From: Isurus oxyrinchus
Taxonomy: Eukaryota
NCBI GenBank assembly: GCA_026770705.1
Contig: JANJGN010000036.1
Coordinates: 1,364,001 to 1,428,000, forward strand
Length of the DNA: 64,000 bases
Reading direction: 5' to 3'
Shown here: piece by piece, positions 59,491-64,000 of the stretch
How the letters are laid out: each line of letters begins with the position of its first letter
Numbering within the stretch: position 1 is the stretch's first letter
Translations under genes and position numbers: made by a program
Notes under the pieces: generated by a model
Told to the model about the DNA's origin: nothing
Database searches by the model: none
Seen by the model: only the letters and a program-made list of their open reading frames with translations

Positions 59491-62400
59491 AGATCTTTTC
59501 TCATTCCCCCTCCCTGTGAACAAATCCCTCTGTGATTTCCACACTCTGTGAATAGATCCCTGTCTTATTACCCATTGCATTTGAACAGGTCCAAATTTGA
59601 CTAATCACCTCTCATTTAGACCTGCAATTCTTAACCGTTCCCCACCAACCCCATCCCTGTCAGCCTATCTCTGAGCTTCTGTGTAAAATGACATTCACAT
59701 AATCAGTCAGTCTCTGCTGGAAATTCATCATTTTAAAGTTTGATAAAAAAAAAATCCTCCTCGTTTTAAACATTCCTTCCAAACAAAAGACCTCTTCCAT
59801 CCAGAAAGACACGGGTAGCAGATGGATGGGATCACCACCACATGGAATTAACCCTCGAAATAACTCCTGACTTGGAAGTATTCCTTCTTACAGTGTAGCT
59901 GGTTAAAAACCCTGGACCTCCTCCCTAACAGCATGGTGGGTGAGCCGATACCACAGGGACTGCAGCGGTTCAAGAAGGCAGCTCATCACTATATTCTCAA
60001 GGGCAATGAGGGATGAGCAGTAAATGCTTGCCAAGCCAGTGACGCCCAGTCACCCCATAAATGATTTTTTTTAAAGGCAGCGATACAAAGTGATACATAG
60101 AGAGATAAATCGAGAGTTAAATAACGTTCGAGGGGGTAAGGTGGGGCGACGGAGGGTGTGCGGTGTGTGGACATACACCCAAAAAGTTTCAGAAAGAGAG
60201 AGAGTGTAAAATGCAAACAGTTTAAGGAAGGGATTTGCATAAACATTGAGGGAGAGACGTAACAAGGATATGGAGAGGGAGAAATTTGAAGGTGTGCGGA
60301 ATCAGTATGAAAGTGAAGGTGATGCAGAGTTGGAGGAAGTGATGGAGGGTTTGAAACCTATGGAAATACTTTGGGCTCCCTCTACAGCAGCGAGTCTCAA
60401 ACTTCTAACCTATGATACCACCCCCTCCCCACTCCGCAGACCTTATTGTAAATATCCCACAAACTAGCTTAAACATAGTACTTTATCTGTGTAGAGAAAT
60501 GAATGACAACATGACATATACATTTATTGTTAACTTCCTCCTCCTGTTACAAATCTTGTCCGAAGATTCCAGGGAGCAAAAGTATTCACTCTTTGTCATG
60601 TCAAAACTGCAGCTTCCAAGTAAATTCTGCCTCATTGTGAAACAGGCAAACAGTGATAATTCCCCTCTATTCCACTCCCATTCACTGCACCCAGACCCCC
60701 ACCCCCACCTGCTGCAATCGCTCAATCCAGGATTCGTCATGTTTGTACATTCAACATTGGACATTGAATCTGCCACTTCTAGCAGTCTCTTTTGCTGTTT
60801 CGCTCCCCCAAACTCTGTGCCTGTCTAGCCCGACACCTCTGCTCTACTTTACCTTTCTCCTGGTTTCGATAAATCTACCCATGTCTCACCATTTCAACTC
60901 ATGATACATAACACTGTAACCATGTTTTATATTGGGAATCCACATTTACATTCCGAGTAAACTGAATTTGTGCAGTGTCACCATAGTTCTTCTGTGGGGA
61001 GGTCTGTGGGCAACTTGTGCACAGCAAGATTCAACTACAGCAATGTGATAATTTACAGTTATCCCCCGATCCCATCCCCTGCCCTGCAACCCAACACCAG
61101 CCACCCCAGAAAAAAAAACCTTCCGCTTTCGAACTGGGAAGAGGCCGCTGGTTCCTTTGGAATACTTTTTTTTATCAGGTTTTCAGAAAACATTATGAAC
61201 TGAATTCAAATTACTAACACTCCTCAAAGCAGCTCAATGTCCAGTTCGTCGCTATACCTATAACACTGACGCTATTCAGGAATTATAACAAGCCTTCAGA
61301 CAGCTTCACTTTTAGAAATTAATTCCAGCGCCTCAGCAGCAGTGAATCCATTAAACCTTGTTTTGATTTCCCCTACCATCCAAGCCTCGAACACGCGCCC
61401 CATTTGTTTTGCTCTCATTACCTTTGTTTATCTCCCTCTTTGTCGCTCTTCCTCCCACTCCCGGCCCTTCTGTCTCTCAGATCGTTTATTTCCAAAGTGA
61501 GGTCACTCTTGCAGTGAACGGAACGGGGCGCAGGCCGTGTACTCACTGTACGATCGCACAGAGAATAGGGGTCACGGTGGGATTTAGGTCAGGATCCCTG
61601 GAAACTCAAAGTAGGGAAGCATTTTCCACATTGACCCACATTTTTATGTGCCTTTGTATCTCTCGCGGTGTCTCTTCATCTCTTTCTCTCTTTGCATCTT
61701 GTATGGGAGTAACCTTCATTGAAATGTCCTGTCAAACATCCGTTTGATGACATTATATTGTTTTACTTTCCTGTTGTCAATTAATACGGAGAGATAGAGA
61801 TAGGGAGGCAGCAGTAATATCAAATCCAGCTCCTAACCGCCCTCAGATTCTCACTAAAATAGATTTAAATGACCACTGAGTAGTTAATTGAAGCCTCAAA
61901 CTGTTATCGCCCTGTATGAAACAACATAAAAACAGTTATTGGAGAATTACAGGAAAATCCTTTACACAGGCTCGTGATTTGTTGATGTCCTCCCGAGTGT
62001 GTTACACGCAAAGAATTAATTCACATTTTATTCTTGGAATTTAGAAGCCGGTGTGCGTTGTTCAAAGTTTTCAAGATAATACTGGAAACTGATAGGGCAG
62101 ATAGAGAGACACAATTTCTACTGCTGGGAGAATGTAGAGCTAGGGAGACAGCCTGAAATCTAACATTTGTCACAAATCTTTACAAGGGTGAAAATAAGAA
62201 ACCTTTCAAAACACAAAGAATGGTAGATGTTTGGAACTGGCTTCGCCAAAGAACCCTTCGCAACTTGTAATTTCTTCCAGTTCCACAATCCTCCCATATG
62301 AGTGCCCTTCTAATTCTGTCTTCTTGACGATCCCCAATTTTAATAACCTCTTGCAGGAAAAGAGAGGAAGTGTTGAGTTACGGAGATAAGGCAAGGGAGT

Positions 62401-63179
62401 GGGACAGGCAAAATGCACTTTCAGAGAGACAGTGTTGACCCGATGGTCCGAATGGTCCCCTGCTGCACTGAAATTACTCTGTGATTCTGCGATCATCTTT
62501 GGCCGTGCCATAGGCTGCCCAAACCCTAACTAGGGAATTCGTTGGCTCAAAATTATTACCTCATTACCTGTCTCTCTTTCCTCTTTGAAGATACTCTCTG
62601 AAATCGATCGCTTTGACGAAGCCGATAACTGAACTTAAAGTATCGGTCTTAATTTTTGCTCCATAAGGCTCTAGTGAAACACCTTATGACATTTTATTAC
62701 GTCACTAAAGATGCTACCTGTGAGCATCTGTACATATCCAGTGCACTAAATGTAAAGGGAAAGTTTCACTCACATCTATTGCTGTACACCGTGTGTATCT
62801 CAGTGCCAACTCTGAAACATGTAGAGAACAATCTCATCCTTTACTTGTGAGTCTCTATCTCCGTATCTCTCTCTCTAAAATACTTTCTTTATTATCTTAA
62901 CAACAACAACTATACATAAAAACTGCTCCATTGCCGGTTAAGTGCTTTGGGATACCCTAATGTCATGCAAAATGCTTTATACATGCCCATCACTAAGATG
63001 CTCTGAAGACGTTCTCATTCAGTCTGTGACTCGAGTCAACTATAGATCAGGCCTCTCCATTTAAGACATTGTTCGACCATCTCTCTTTTTAACACTTACA
63101 GGAGCTTTCATCCGTCTTACATCGGTTTTGCTCAAATTCTTTAACCGATATTAATTAGTTGTTACTATATCATTCCTTA

Positions 63180-63720
63180 GGTATAGAGAAAAACACTTAT
63201 TTGAAACATACGAGTTCCTGGACATTATAAGTAGAATATAAAAGCAAGGAAGTTACAAAGAATCTTTTAAGAACGCTGCCTCCGCCTCAGCTGTGTGCAA
63301 TTCAGGGCACCACGCCTTAGGAAAAATGTGAAGGCATCAGATAATTTCCAGAAAAGGTTGATAAGAATTGCGCTGGGGCCTTCAGTTCCATGGATGTGTT
63401 GGAGAAGCGGGCGATGTTCTCCTTGGAGAAGAGAAGCTTGAGAGATTTGATAGAGGTGCTCAGAATCATGGGAGATGAGGATTTTTCTTTCACCCAGATA
63501 ATTGTGGGGTCCTGGAACACACTGCCTGAAACGATAGTAGAGGCAGTAATCCTCCAATCATTTAAAAGGTATCTGAACACCTTAGGTGCCAGAAGCAGCA
63601 GAGCCACGGACTAAATAATGCCAAGTGGGACTGCGTTAGGTGGCTCGATTTTCGGCCGACGCAGGCAGGATGTGTCAAGTGGCCTCTTCCTGTGATGTAA
63701 AATTTTTATGATCCTAAACA
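63180..63720 (+). mobile_element. CR1-type LINE 3' end
   Basis: FSLEKRSLRDLIEVLRIM..FSFTQIIVGSWNTLPETIVEA..FKRYL. Confidence 0.8.
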
Positions 63721-64000
63721 TGATGGACCAGAGAAACAACTTCAATTGGCAGAGGTGGAGGAAGGGGGATGGAGAAGCAGAACACACCGCTTCCGTGTGT
63801 GCATTTGCATATGTGTCACTGTGTGATTCACTGTTTGTCTCGCTGTGTGTCTGACTGTATACTTGTGTGTGAGTCTATGTGTCGCCATGTGTGTGTGTGT
63901 GCGCGCGCGTCGCTCTGCATGTTCTTGGCGCAACTGCCGCTGTCAATATTAACTTTCAAACGGAATTTAGGTAGATACATAAAGAGAATTAAAAAAAAAA

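Noticed and set aside
61547-61597. Isolated exon-like 51-nt block on the minus strand (tttccag|..|gtgagt)
   Set aside because: It has good splice signals but no recognisable product or partner exons.

Overview
This is vertebrate genomic DNA, most likely a cartilaginous fish, judging from its CR1, Deu-domain SINE and Penelope repeat content; it is not prokaryotic. The window holds six copies of a non-rearranging, antigen-receptor-like IgSF gene family with the exon plan leader / germline-joined V-J / C1 / TM / cytoplasmic exons. There are two subfamilies. Subfamily A lies on the minus strand (A1 1563-3336, A2 24810-26833, A3 31081-35311) and subfamily B on the plus strand (B1 5182-14241, B2 19321-~23630, B3 38160 to beyond the window end). 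A1/B1 and A3/B3 are head-to-head pairs within a segmental duplication (~0.9-13.7 kb vs ~33-64 kb). The family shows a paired-receptor signature. B1 and B3 have an NxxR activating-type TM, and B1 has lost the tail tyrosine. B2 and A3 have neutral TMs with ITIM-like YASL/YAHL tails. All six copies carry disabling lesions; A3 has open exons and only two splice-site defects. Also present are an exon-skipped CEP104 retro-fragment in the A3/B3 intergenic region, a ~7.5 kb inverted Penelope-like composite insertion with hammerhead-ribozyme motifs, many CR1/SINE relics, a degenerate 41-bp minisatellite and eight N-runs. Exon coordinates were read by hand; TE boundaries are approximate.
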